This document shows positions 10,050-19,933 of a stretch of 64,000 bases of DNA, in pieces. Below the pieces are notes generated by a model. That model made no database searches. It had not been told where the DNA came from and saw only the letters and a list, made by a program, of their open reading frames with translations. Numbering within the stretch: position 1 is the stretch's first letter; every line of letters begins with the position of its first letter. The stretch spans positions 1 through 64,000 of the forward strand of contig CAWBZV010000010.1 of the NCBI GenBank assembly GCA_963793305.1. The letters run 5' to 3'. A program made the position numbers and the translations under genes. The stretch is from an uncultured Gemmatimonadales bacterium. GTDB lineage: Bacteria > Gemmatimonadota > Gemmatimonadetes > Gemmatimonadales > Gemmatimonadaceae.

Positions 10050-12575
10050 GTGCTGATTCTCCTGGCCGCCCTGCATCTCGGGGGCGGCGCCGACAGCCTC
10101 GATCGACCTGGGATATCGCAGGCGCTCGCGATGCATCGCGCGCGTGGGATTCAGGACGTCCAGTACGACCTGCGACTCGACATCCGACAGCGGGATAAGG
10201 CAGCCGGACACGTCACGATCCGGTTCAACCGCTCGGACTCGGGCGATGTCCTGCTCGACTTTCGCGGACCCGAGCTCCATGCACCGCCGGGAATCACGTC
10301 GGACGGCGCCCATATTCGGGTTCCCGCGTCATTGCTGGTGCCGGGGCAGAATACGCTCGATTTCGATTTCTCGGCGAACATCGCTCCGGCTGGGGCGAGC
10401 ATCATTCGATTCCATGACGCGACCGATGGCGCCGAGTATCTCTACACACTGCTGGTCCCCGCCGACGCCAACGCACTGTTCCCGTGCTTCGACCAGCCGG
10501 ATTTAAAGGCACGGGTGACGCTGACGCTGATGATGCCACATGGTTGGAGTGCCGTCGCGAATGGAGCGGCGACGCAGACGGACTCGAGCGATTCGGCAGT
10601 CACAACGCATTTCGCGCCGACTGAGCCCATCAGTACATATCTCATCGCGTTTGCCGCCGGACCGTGGGCGCGTATCACCAGCACGATGACCTCGCGACCG
10701 ATCACCCTGTACGTTCGTGCCTCTCGGAAGGCCGAAGTCGAAGGGGATTCGATTCTCTACCAAAACAGCCGTGCGCTGGATTGGCTGGAGCATTATTTCG
10801 ATCGGCCGTTTCCGTTCCAGAAGTTCGACGTGGTCCTCGCGCCATCGTTTCCGTTCGGCGGGATGGAGCACCCGGGAGCGATCTTCTACAACGAGGAGAG
10901 CTTCATCTATCGCGAGCGCCCGACTCTCGTGCAACGACTCGGGCGCGAGGCCACGATCTTCCACGAGGTCGCCCACCAATGGTTCGGCGATCTCGTCACC
11001 ATGCGATGGTTCGACGATCTGTGGCTCAAGGAAGGGTTCGCCAGCTACATGGCGGCGGTCATGCAGGACGCGCTCGATCCGGCGTCGGGTGCGTGGAAGA
11101 CATTTTACGTGCGCACGCGACCCGCGGCGTACGCGGTCAATGTGACGGACGGCACGACGCCGATCTGGCAGACGCTCGGGAATCTCGACCAGGCCAAGAG
11201 CGCGTATGGCCCGATCGTCTATAACAAAGCGCCGGCGATTCTCAAGCAACTCGCGTTTCTCGTCGGCGACACCGCCTTTCGTGATGGATTGCGCTTGTAC
11301 TTGCGCGACCATGCGTATGGGAACGCGACGTGGCACGATCTCTTGTCATCGGTCAGCACCGCATCACACCGCCCGTTGGACGCGTGGGGTCGCGCCTATA
11401 TCCTGCGCCCGGGCATACCAATCGTCGAGCAACACGTCAACGCAGCGGCCATCACGCTCGTGCAACATCCCGCGCGGCCATTGTCCGGACCTGGACCGTG
11501 GCCAATCAAGCTCAATGTGGACGTCGACTCACATGCGCAACCCGTGGAGCTCCGGGCCGAGCGGACGACGATCCCTGGGAGAGCGCATTCGTTCGTCTTC
11601 GCCAATGCCGGCGACTACGGATACGCCGTGGTCGTGCTCGACACGGCGAGCGCGAGATGGGTTGAGCATCACATCGGCGACGTCCACGACCCGTTGCTGC
11701 GGGCGCAGCTGTGGGGCGCCATGTGGGATCTCGTGCGCGACGCACGGCTCCAACCCGATCGGTTCGTCGCGATGGCCGCGCGCGCCATCCCTCGCGAGTT
11801 GGACGAACAGATCGCGACGTTTGTCCTCAACCGCACCGTGCGGGCGGTGACCGCATATCGAGCCGCTCCGGCGAGCTTGGACGCGTTGCTTCCGGCGATG
11901 GTGGACGACACGACGCGCACGTTCGGCATTCGCAAGGCGAGCCTCGAAGCATTTCTCGGCATTGCGGCGAGCCAAGAGGCCATGAGCCGACTCGATAGGT
12001 GGCTGGACCGTGATTCCGTTGCTGGCACGCCGCTCAAGGAACCGACCCGCTGGGGGATCGTCACCGCTCTCATCGCGCAGGGCGCGCCGACCGCCTGGGA
12101 CCGATACCGTGACGAGCAGAAGCGCGACGCGGGGACCGAAGGGAAGCGCCGCGCATTCATCGCGCAGGCGGCATCTCCGGATTCGGCCACCAAGAACGTG
12201 TACTTCACGCGGTATCTCAGCGACACGACGCTCAACGAAGAGTGGGTGACGGCGAGCCTGCGCGCGTTCAACGATCCAGAGCAGAGCGCCCTCACGCAGC
12301 GATACCTCGGCTCGGCGCTCGACACGTTGCCGTGGATCCAGACCCACCGCCGGATCTTCTTCCTCGGTCAGTGGCTCGGCGCGTTCCTCGATGGGCAAAC
12401 GAGCGCCGAGTCACTGCGCGAGGTCGATCGGTTCTTGTCGACGCATCCCAAGTTACCGATCGACCTCCGTCAGAAGATCCTACAGTCCGAGGATGAGCTG
12501 AGGCGAACCGTCCGCATCAGAAAGTCTGGAGATATCGAACGAGCGCCTGCTGCTCTCGCTCCGGCAGTTGGGTGA
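10050..12575 (+). CDS. pepN: M1 family aminopeptidase N
   Basis: FPCFDQP, GGMEH, HEVAH-x18-E and YNK motifs. Confidence 0.9.
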   Translation: MLILLAALHLGGGADSLDRPGISQALAMHRARGIQDVQYDLRLDIRQRDKAAGHVTIRFNRSDSGDVLLDFRGPELHAPPGITSDGAHIRVPASLLVPGQNTLDFDFSANIAPAGASIIRFHDATDGAEYLYTLLVPADANALFPCFDQPDLKARVTLTLMMPHGWSAVANGAATQTDSSDSAVTTHFAPTEPISTYLIAFAAGPWARITSTMTSRPITLYVRASRKAEVEGDSILYQNSRALDWLEHYFDRPFPFQKFDVVLAPSFPFGGMEHPGAIFYNEESFIYRERPTLVQRLGREATIFHEVAHQWFGDLVTMRWFDDLWLKEGFASYMAAVMQDALDPASGAWKTFYVRTRPAAYAVNVTDGTTPIWQTLGNLDQAKSAYGPIVYNKAPAILKQLAFLVGDTAFRDGLRLYLRDHAYGNATWHDLLSSVSTASHRPLDAWGRAYILRPGIPIVEQHVNAAAITLVQHPARPLSGPGPWPIKLNVDVDSHAQPVELRAERTTIPGRAHSFVFANAGDYGYAVVVLDTASARWVEHHIGDVHDPLLRAQLWGAMWDLVRDARLQPDRFVAMAARAIPRELDEQIATFVLNRTVRAVTAYRAAPASLDALLPAMVDDTTRTFGIRKASLEAFLGIAASQEAMSRLDRWLDRDSVAGTPLKEPTRWGIVTALIAQGAPTAWDRYRDEQKRDAGTEGKRRAFIAQAASPDSATKNVYFTRYLSDTTLNEEWVTASLRAFNDPEQSALTQRYLGSALDTLPWIQTHRRIFFLGQWLGAFLDGQTSAESLREVDRFLSTHPKLPIDLRQKILQSEDELRRTVRIRKSGDIERAPAALAPAVG

Positions 12576-13704
12576 ATCGCATACGCGCGGTGGTCGCTTG
12601 ACCGCCGTGCGCCAGGATCGCGGCGCTGACCGTTTTTGCCCGGCCGTCGTGGAGGAACTCGGTCCGCAGGCTGAGTCCCATCAACGGCTCCGTGCGGAAC
12701 TCCGATGGCTTTGCCGCACCCAAGCAGATGTCGGCGAGTGCGGGACCCATGTCGTGCAGCAGAAGATCCGTGTACGCGTGGACGGTCTTGCGACTGAGCG
12801 CCGCAACTGCGTTCGCGCCCGTTTGCATGGATGGGACGTGGCACGTCGCACAGCCGGTTCGCTGGAACACGGTCTCTTGGTAGTCATTGTCGGGCGCAGG
12901 CGGTGGCGGCGCGAGGAAGCTCACGAAGTCCGTCGTCTGCTGCAACTTGGCCGTTGAGAGGTTCGGCTCGGGTCCGAGAGCGACGCCAGGCGGGACGGTG
13001 AGGTTGCCCACGGGTTTCTCGACGCTGTCGTCACTCCCGGGCGTCGTGATGCCGATCTCGTACAAGAATGCGTCGGTGTTGAAGTCCAAGACCGTCGACC
13101 CTTGGTCTTTGCGGCCGAAACGACCAATGGTTCCATCGGACATCAGGGCAACGCGCCCCGCGGCTCGCGGGTCTTGGCGCTGCTCGAGCGCGGCTTGCGC
13201 CTTGATGGCCGAGTCGGTGATCGCGCCGAGGAGACCGCGCCCGAAGAGTTGCGGCGTCGTCCGGTGGCCGGTTTGCGCGTAGCTGGGAATCGGCTCGCCG
13301 TTGACACCAAGCGCCGCGATGAGTTGTGGCGTGGAGAAGAGCTCGAAGACGAATCCGCCGATCGAATCGAGGGTGTTGCATGTCCCGTTGGCGTTGTAGA
13401 CGGAACCTTGTACCTCCACCTGAGAGCCAGCGCCACCGTTCAGGTGACAAGTCGCGCAGCCGTTGGCGTTGAAGACCGGCCCGAGTCCCGTCTGCGGTGT
13501 GAAGACACTGTCAAAGACTTGTCTGCCGAGATGAAAGTTCGCGTACTGTGCGGATGTGAGGCCGTAGAGTGCCTGGCCCGGTTGGAACGCGGTGGCGAGC
13601 TGCCGACTCACATCGGCGGGTGGTGTCGTCGCGGTTGGCGTCCGATCGCACGCGAAGACGACGAGCGGAACTACGAGCCATGAGGCGTGGCGTAGTACTC
13701 GCAT
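12517..13704 (-). CDS. di-haem oxidoreductase (DHOR)-family cytochrome c lipoprotein
   Basis: Lipobox VVFAC; two CATCH haem motifs; YTDLLLHDMG, FRTEPLMG and LHDGRA. AGGAG ribosome-binding site before the ATG at 13704. Confidence 0.88.
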   Translation of the reverse strand: MRVLRHASWLVVPLVVFACDRTPTATTPPADVSRQLATAFQPGQALYGLTSAQYANFHLGRQVFDSVFTPQTGLGPVFNANGCATCHLNGGAGSQVEVQGSVYNANGTCNTLDSIGGFVFELFSTPQLIAALGVNGEPIPSYAQTGHRTTPQLFGRGLLGAITDSAIKAQAALEQRQDPRAAGRVALMSDGTIGRFGRKDQGSTVLDFNTDAFLYEIGITTPGSDDSVEKPVGNLTVPPGVALGPEPNLSTAKLQQTTDFVSFLAPPPPAPDNDYQETVFQRTGCATCHVPSMQTGANAVAALSRKTVHAYTDLLLHDMGPALADICLGAAKPSEFRTEPLMGLSLRTEFLHDGRAKTVSAAILAHGGQATTARMRFTQLPEREQQALVRYLQTF

Positions 13705-13774
13705 AGCGACTGCTCCTACTGTTGTGGGCTCTTGCACGAACGGCGGAAAACACAAAGGGCCCCCGTGCGAGGAT

Positions 13775-13870
13775 CCCGTTCGGCGGCTCGACCGGCCTGG
13801 CACGCGTGAGCGTGCGGTAGCCTCGGAGCTTTGCGTCGCCGCCTTTCGGCGGGTTTGCCCTTATCGCGGG
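13775..13870 (-). promoter_or_regulatory. c-di-GMP-I (GEMM) riboswitch
   Basis: Minus strand reads AAGGGCAAACCCGCC-GAAA-GGCGGCGACGCAAAGCTCCGAGGCTA...GCCGCCGAA, matching the GEMM core (GGCAAAC, GNRA-capped P2, GACGCAAAGC). It lies in the 5' leader of the DHOR gene. Confidence 0.9.
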
Positions 13871-13993
13871 CCTCTGGGGCCCTCTAGTCGTGCGCGGTCA
13901 ATATGCGAAACTCTGGTGCTCGCTTGCAAGCTGGGCTGGACACATGGCGTGCGCGCGTGCAATGTGAAGGCAACCCCCAAACGAGAGAGAATC

Positions 13994-14515
13994 GTGCGCG
14001 TTATAGCCCTAGCGTTGGTCTGTCTCCCCGCGGTCGCCATTGCTCAGAACGCCCCAGTCGCCGAGGCATTTCGTGACAATGCGAAGAAGGTCGGCGATAA
14101 TCTGATGGCGGCGGCGGCCGAGTTCCCGGCCGATAAGTACGCCTACAAGCCGACGCCGGCTCAGATGTCTGTCGGCGACATTGTCGTGCACCTCGCGCAA
14201 GGAAACGATTACTTGTGTGGGACGATCGGTGGCACCAAGGCTCCCCAGCGCGCGAAGCTCTCGGGGACCGATAACAAGGATCAATTGATCGCGGCGCTCA
14301 AGGAAACGTTCGCGTTCTGCGATCAGGCGCTGGCGTCGCTCGATGATTCGAAGCTCTCCGAGCAACTGCCGTTCTTCGGCGGCAAGACACGGTCACGGGC
14401 CTCGGTCATGACGCTCACGACTGGTGACTGGGCTGACCATTACAGCCAGTTCGCGATCTATCTGCGGCTCAACGGCATGCTGCCGCCAAGCGCGCAGAAG
14501 AAGCCCGCGGCGTAA
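13994..14515 (+). CDS. secreted DinB-family protein
   Basis: Signal peptide; YKPTPAQMS..HLA and HYSQ..IYLRLNG.LPP. Confidence 0.85.
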   Translation: MRVIALALVCLPAVAIAQNAPVAEAFRDNAKKVGDNLMAAAAEFPADKYAYKPTPAQMSVGDIVVHLAQGNDYLCGTIGGTKAPQRAKLSGTDNKDQLIAALKETFAFCDQALASLDDSKLSEQLPFFGGKTRSRASVMTLTTGDWADHYSQFAIYLRLNGMLPPSAQKKPAA

Positions 14516-14538
14516 TCCTGTTTACGGCGGCGAGGCGC

Positions 14539-15204
14539 TCAGCCGAACGTCCTTACTGGATGGACGGCTGAGATCGTCTCGCCGTCGGCCCGCAGTGGGC
14601 CGAGGATGCGCTGGGCCTCGGCGCTCGCGCGGAACGTGTCGAGGTCGACGGCGTGACCGAAGTGGTAGACGATGATCGACCCCTTGTCGTCGTCAGCCCC
14701 AAACACGACAACCCCCCGAAACCCGTGCGCCTTCGGCGCCGCGGCCGCGAGGGCGCTCGTGCGCTCGTGCGCGAGAGCGACATGCTCGAACGCGTATGCG
14801 TCCTTGGACTCCGGATCGAGCGCCGCATCACCAGCGCTCGCGGCTACACGATAGAGCCCGAGTGTACTCGACTCGGCGACGTCATGGCGCTGGGCCACGA
14901 GGTGATGATCGTCCCATGCGGACCCGAGATGGTGAAACGCGGCGTGTCCTCCGAGCTCCACGATCGCGATCACGCGCCGATCGTTGACCGATCGAAGCAC
15001 CGCGGCGAGACGCGCCGCGACCGTCAACGTCCGGGCCTTCTCGATCAGCGTCTCGTACGCCGAGATGCCAGCGTCCACACGCTCGGCTCTCATATGCACG
15101 ACGTCGATCGCGCACCAGGCGCCCGGCGCGAATGTAACCGGCACACCGCCGGGCCGGTGATCGGTGGGGGTGTGGCGTTCCAGGTCTTCGTGTGGCCGGG
15201 TCAT
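14539..15204 (-). CDS. hypothetical protein
   Basis: GGAGA ribosome-binding site before the ATG at 15204; coding-like composition; no family recognised. Confidence 0.6.
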   Translation of the reverse strand: MTRPHEDLERHTPTDHRPGGVPVTFAPGAWCAIDVVHMRAERVDAGISAYETLIEKARTLTVAARLAAVLRSVNDRRVIAIVELGGHAAFHHLGSAWDDHHLVAQRHDVAESSTLGLYRVAASAGDAALDPESKDAYAFEHVALAHERTSALAAAAPKAHGFRGVVVFGADDDKGSIIVYHFGHAVDLDTFRASAEAQRILGPLRADGETISAVHPVRTFG

Positions 15205-15257
15205 GTGGTATTCTCCATGCGTCGAAATCATGCACACACTTCGCCCGGAGGACAACT

Positions 15258-15521
15258 ATGGATGCGACATGGCGGCCTCATGAGAAGCATGGACAACTGA
15301 CGACGCAAAGCGACTTGCCGGATAGTGTCTACGCGTTTCCGAAGGAGCGGAAAGAGCCGCTGACCGACGCGTCACACGTGCGGAACGCCGTGGCGCGGTT
15401 CGACCAGGTCGAGGGCGTGACGGATTCCGAGCGTGAACTGGCGTTCAAGAACATCGAGAAGGCCGCTCAGCACTACGGCGTCAACCTGTCCGAGAAGTCC
15501 TGGCACGAGCTCATGAAGTAA
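15258..15521 (+). CDS. DUF6582-like small protein
   Basis: LPDSVYAFPKERKEPLTDASHVRNAVARFDQV; GGAGG ribosome-binding site. Confidence 0.8.
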   Translation: MDATWRPHEKHGQLTTQSDLPDSVYAFPKERKEPLTDASHVRNAVARFDQVEGVTDSERELAFKNIEKAAQHYGVNLSEKSWHELMK

Positions 15522-15551
15522 CGGTACCGTAAGCGCAGACGCAGCAGTAGC

Positions 15552-16584
15552 TTGCTGCGTTTGCGCGACTCGGAACGCCTCGCGGCACTCGACGCCCTGC
15601 GGGGCGCGGCCATCCTGCTCGTCCTCGGCCGACATTACCACTTCGACCCGGGTTGGGTCGGGGTCGACTTGTTCTTTGTACTCAGCGGATTTCTGGTCTC
15701 CGGACTGCTGTTCCGCGAGTACCAGCGTCTGGGCAGAGTGCGCGTGGGCCGGTTTCTGACCCGGCGCGGGTTCAAGATCTACCCGGCGTTCTACGCCTTC
15801 ATGCTCGTCACCGCGATCTACATGCGTCACACGCCGGTGCCGCGCGGCGCGTGGGTCGCGGAGTGCTTGTTCCTCCAAGGATACCTGCCGCACATTCTGG
15901 TGGCATACCTGGTCGCTCGCGGTCGAAGAGCACTTCTATTTGCTGCTGGCTTTAGGGCTCGCGTTGCTCGTCCGGCACGGTCGAGGGACTGGCAATCCGT
16001 TCGCTCTCGTCGTACCGGCGACGGCAATCGTGGCGCTCGCGGAGCTCGCCGCGCGAATCGTGACAGTGAGTCGTCACCCCGGCGATCTCCTGGCGGACCT
16101 CTACCCCACGCATCTGCGCCTGGACTCGCTGCTCTTTGGCGTGCTGCTCTCCTATTGGTATCACTTCGACGGCGAGCGACTGCGGCGGATCGTCACGTCG
16201 CGCCGACGGCTCATCGCCGCGGCCAGTGTTGCGGCCGTCGTGCTGGTCATGGCGATGGACGTGACGAGCTCGTTCACGTTGACCGTCGGCCTCACGCTGC
16301 TCTACCTGGGATTCGGCGGAGCGCTTCTCGTGGCGCTCATGTCGCCGATGCACGCGGCGTGGCGCCCGCTGGCGTGGATCGGGACGTACTCGTACGCGAT
16401 CTACTTGTGGCACGTGGCGATTCTGTGGTGGGCGCCGCACGTGCTGGACCGCCTGTTCCACTGGACGCCCGGTCCACTCCCGGCGTTCGCGATCTACGTT
16501 GGCGGCGCGCTCGGCGTCGGCATCCTCATGACTCGCCTCATCGAGCGGCCGTTCCTGCGCCTGCGCGATCGGTGGATCCCGTGA
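15552..16584 (+). CDS. acyltransferase-3 (OafA/YrhL-like) membrane O-acyltransferase (+1 frameshift at ~15896)
   Basis: LDALRG, GVDLFFVLSGF and RRGFKIYP. Removing one base restores HTWSLAVEEHFY and joins SYAIYLWH...IERP. Confidence 0.88.
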
Positions 16585-18073
16585 GCAATGCCTGCCCGAA
16601 ATCGATCGGGATGGCGAAGTTCGATCCGCCGAACTGACGCAGGATGGCGAAGTTGATGCCGATCACTTTGCCTTGATCGTTGAAGAGCGGGCCACCGGAC
16701 CCGCCGGATGTCGTCTGGGCATCGTAGACGATCTTATCCACGAGCACATCGCCAATGTGGCCCTGGGTCGTGGTCGGTCGGATGAGATGGCGCCGAGCGA
16801 GCTCCTCCATGACCTGCGACGGGTCGCCTTTCGACGCATGCGCGATCGACTGAATCGTCTCGGACCCCGCCCGCGCGAGAATCGCGTCGATCGCGGTTGG
16901 ATATCCGAGGAGCACGACGGGCGCTCCACTGATCGCGGCGCCTTGCCCGTCGGCGAGGGCCACCGTCTTGATCCCGAGACCGGAGACGTCACCTCTCACG
17001 ATCGCGACATCCGCGGTCGTGGAAATCCGCTCGGTATCGATGGTGATCCCGTGCGGGACGCCGGGGAAATATGCGCGCATCTCGGTCACCACCGGATCGA
17101 GCCCCTGGCTCAGGAGCTCTTTGATCTCATCGTTCTGCCACCACGGCTCCGCCACGTGATGATTCGTGAGAATCTCGCCGTTGGCCGAAGCGAGAAACCC
17201 GGTGCCGAAGGCATTGATGTGCACTTCCGGGCCATAGCCCGTTAAGCTCACCAGCGGATTGTTGTGCTCGTCGACGGTCGGCCCGCCGCTGTCGGTCATG
17301 CCGGCATAGTGGAGTTTTTGTCCGCTCTTGTGATCGCGGAACGCGAGCGTGATGTGTATCAGGCACACGCTCGGCTCGTATGTCTGAATGATCGTCTGCG
17401 CGACGCTGCCCTCGGTCTCGAGCTTCGTGAGACGGCTCTGCACCACGCTGTCGCTGGCCTTCTGCGACATCTGCATGAGCTGCGATTGCGTCAGGACACC
17501 GGCTTGCAGTCTCGTGATCGCGGCATAGACGCGGGCATCCTGGGCTTGCGTGCGCCGATAGAAATACGCAGAGACGAGGCCGGCGACGATCAAGACCGCA
17601 ATGGTGAGAAGTGCGCCAAAGCGAACCGTGCGGCGCTCTTCGTTCACCGCCGTCACGACCTGCTCCGTCGCCTTGCGATCTTCTTCGGCGCGCCGCAACT
17701 GCTCCCGTTCGCGCAGCTGCGCCCGAATCCGCGACAGGAGCTCATGGGGCTCGAAGGGCAGAGACAGCGCATCGTCGGCGCCGAGGTCGAGGCCGCGGGC
17801 GCGCTCGACGGCGCCGCCGTGCGACAGCATCACCACGCGAATCTCGCGCGTGTGCTCGGTGCCTTTGATCTCGGAGAGGAGGTCGCAGCAGTTGAGATCC
17901 GGCGGGTCGGCGCCGAGCACGACCAGGTCTGGCTCGAACGCCAGAACTGACTTCATGCCGGCGCTCACGTCCGTCGAAACCTCGTAGCCCGCCTCGTTCA
18001 GGGCGGTGACGATGCTCTCCTTAAGCTGTTCGTCGGATTCGACCACCAGCAGCTTGCCCGCGTTGATTGCCAT
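16538..18073 (-). CDS. fusion of receiver-like domain, coiled coil, TM helix and trypsin-like serine protease
   Basis: N-terminal REC fold (KLLVVE..PDLVVL..GADD..PF); TM segment GALLTIAVLIVAGLVSAYFY; triad motifs TNHHV, ADVAI and GGSGGP. Confidence 0.88.
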   Translation of the reverse strand: MAINAGKLLVVESDEQLKESIVTALNEAGYEVSTDVSAGMKSVLAFEPDLVVLGADPPDLNCCDLLSEIKGTEHTREIRVVMLSHGGAVERARGLDLGADDALSLPFEPHELLSRIRAQLREREQLRRAEEDRKATEQVVTAVNEERRTVRFGALLTIAVLIVAGLVSAYFYRRTQAQDARVYAAITRLQAGVLTQSQLMQMSQKASDSVVQSRLTKLETEGSVAQTIIQTYEPSVCLIHITLAFRDHKSGQKLHYAGMTDSGGPTVDEHNNPLVSLTGYGPEVHINAFGTGFLASANGEILTNHHVAEPWWQNDEIKELLSQGLDPVVTEMRAYFPGVPHGITIDTERISTTADVAIVRGDVSGLGIKTVALADGQGAAISGAPVVLLGYPTAIDAILARAGSETIQSIAHASKGDPSQVMEELARRHLIRPTTTQGHIGDVLVDKIVYDAQTTSGGSGGPLFNDQGKVIGINFAILRQFGGSNFAIPIDFGQALLTGSTDRAGAGTAAR

Positions 18074-18241
18074 GCGTGCAATTTGACGGGTGCATCGATT
18101 CGATGCTTACCTGGGTCGAATCGGGCTAAGCTCCCGGCGAGGGTCATTTTGACCTCGGCCGCTAGCTGCTTGCGGGAGCGTGGGTTACGGTCGTGTTAAC
18201 AACGCGTAGTGCCGGCCCGGCACGTGCCTGTAGTGTGGGGC

Positions 18242-19102
18242 ATGCTGACACGACTCCTGCTCACCGCTACGCTCACCGCGGCCGCCGCCGGCATGCTGGG
18301 CGGCCAAAGCGCTCCGGCGACTCGCGATCCGCTCTTTACCTGGGGCCTCATCGGCGGCGCCGCGGGGCTGCGCTCCGATGCATTGCAACAAGCCGCCAGC
18401 GCAGTGCTCGAGTACAAACCCGTCACGTGGCTGACGCTTTCGGCCAATCCATCGGTCGACCACGTGACCGTACCGTCCACAACTGGGAAGGGCTCCGTCT
18501 CGAGCACCGGACCGACGGATCTCCCGCTCGGCATAGCCGCATCGCATGAGATCCCGCACGTACCGTTATCACCAACGCTCGGCGCCGGTGTCGAGCTCAG
18601 TCTTCCGACGGGCAATGCGTCGAATGGGCTCGGCAGCGGCCAGACCGGTCTCGCCGGTGAGCTCGGCGCTGGCATCTCGCCAACCGACAACCTCTCGCTG
18701 GATCTCAACCTGTGGCATCCATTCGTCGGCGACGGCATCAACGGCGCGCTCGACGCACCGCGTGCGACGTCGATCGACCTCGAAGCGGGTTATGACTGGA
18801 CGGATCGACTCACGACGAGCGTCGGCTACTCGACGGACGTCGGGCCGGCCGACTCGGGCGCCGTCCTCCCGCAGTCGATCGCGGCCGGAATCGTCGTGGC
18901 GTTCGCCAAGCCGCTCGCCCTGACAGTAAACGGCGCGCGCGGCCTCACGAGCGGTGCGCCACGCTGGGTGATCTCGGTCGGGGTCGGCACGGCGTTCTCG
19001 GGTATCAATCCGGTCGGGCCGAACTCACTCTTCGGGCGACTCAAACACGCCCTTGGACGGAGCGCCAATCGCGGCAACGGCAAGAATAAAGTCGGGAAGT
19101 AG
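18242..19102 (+). CDS. secreted, probable outer-membrane beta-barrel protein
   Basis: Signal peptide; LSLPTG...GLGSG motif typical of MetA-pathway/transporter barrels; alternating beta strands. Confidence 0.55.
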   Translation: MLTRLLLTATLTAAAAGMLGGQSAPATRDPLFTWGLIGGAAGLRSDALQQAASAVLEYKPVTWLTLSANPSVDHVTVPSTTGKGSVSSTGPTDLPLGIAASHEIPHVPLSPTLGAGVELSLPTGNASNGLGSGQTGLAGELGAGISPTDNLSLDLNLWHPFVGDGINGALDAPRATSIDLEAGYDWTDRLTTSVGYSTDVGPADSGAVLPQSIAAGIVVAFAKPLALTVNGARGLTSGAPRWVISVGVGTAFSGINPVGPNSLFGRLKHALGRSANRGNGKNKVGK

Positions 19103-19107
19103 CCGCG

Positions 19108-19548
19108 CTAACCCTGCCGATCGCTTCGTCCTTCTACCGCCATCATCGTCGCTTGCATCATCGCGATGACCGACTCCGAGCCTACGACGCGCAGGTCGCC
19201 GGTGCACACGGTCAGCGTGCGGCCGGCTCGTACGACTCGTCCGCGCGCCTCAAACGTCGCGCCCCGCGCGGGAGCGATGAGATTGACCTTGAACTCGACG
19301 CTCAGGACCGCCCGGTCCGGTGGCATGAGCGTCAGGGCGGCGTATCCGCAAGCGCTGTCGATGACCGACGTGACGACGCCGGCGTGCAGGAACCCGTGCT
19401 GCTGGGTCAAATCGGCACGAAACGGGAGCTCGATGCAGACCTCGCCCGGCCGAACGGTCGTCATGCTGGCGCCCAATGTCGCCATGAACTGTTGCTTGGC
19501 GAAGCTCGCCCGGACGCGGGCCTCGTAGTTCGGGTCGGTGGAGGGCAT
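19108..19548 (-). CDS. PaaI family thioesterase
   Basis: QQHGFLHAG..DSACGYA and VEFKVNL. Confidence 0.92.
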   Translation of the reverse strand: MPSTDPNYEARVRASFAKQQFMATLGASMTTVRPGEVCIELPFRADLTQQHGFLHAGVVTSVIDSACGYAALTLMPPDRAVLSVEFKVNLIAPARGATFEARGRVVRAGRTLTVCTGDLRVVGSESVIAMMQATMMAVEGRSDRQG

Positions 19549-19593
19549 GTCGAGTCTCGTGGGCCTTTTGCGTTTGTTTGAGGAGGAGGCCAC

Positions 19594-19933
19594 ATGATAC
19601 GTATCCCACAATGGAATATCACCATCGCGTACTCGTTCACGGAAACCGCGCGGAGTCAGGCCGCCAAGGTGTACGAGGAACGTGTCCGGCTCGCGGTCAA
19701 CGCGATCATGAGAACGGACACCGGCGATGACGCCGATGAAAACAGGCTACAATCCCTTTCGGGATTTCGATGCGATCAAGGCGGATTACAACGGGATCCA
19801 GGAGTTGTGGCGCGAGATCAACCCGCTCGTTGGGCTTCGCGAATCCGAGCGATTGCGGAAAATCGGCGAGCTGCTCGAGCAGCAGCAGGACATATCGGTG
19901 AACGGCTCATCGAAGGTGATCCAGCACCGGTGA
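19594..19933 (+). CDS. hypothetical protein (probable +1 frameshift near 19720)
   Basis: Strong GAGGAGGAGG ribosome-binding site before 19594. ORF 19727..19933 is one base out of frame and looks like its continuation. Confidence 0.45.

Noticed and set aside
13775..13870. 3',3'-cGAMP-sensing GEMM variant
   Set aside because: The discriminating position is G, not A.
18129..18180. Possible structured RNA (GCTCCCG...CGGGAGC enclosing a GGTCA/TGACC hairpin)
   Set aside because: No family motif recognised, and such pairing is common by chance in GC-rich DNA.
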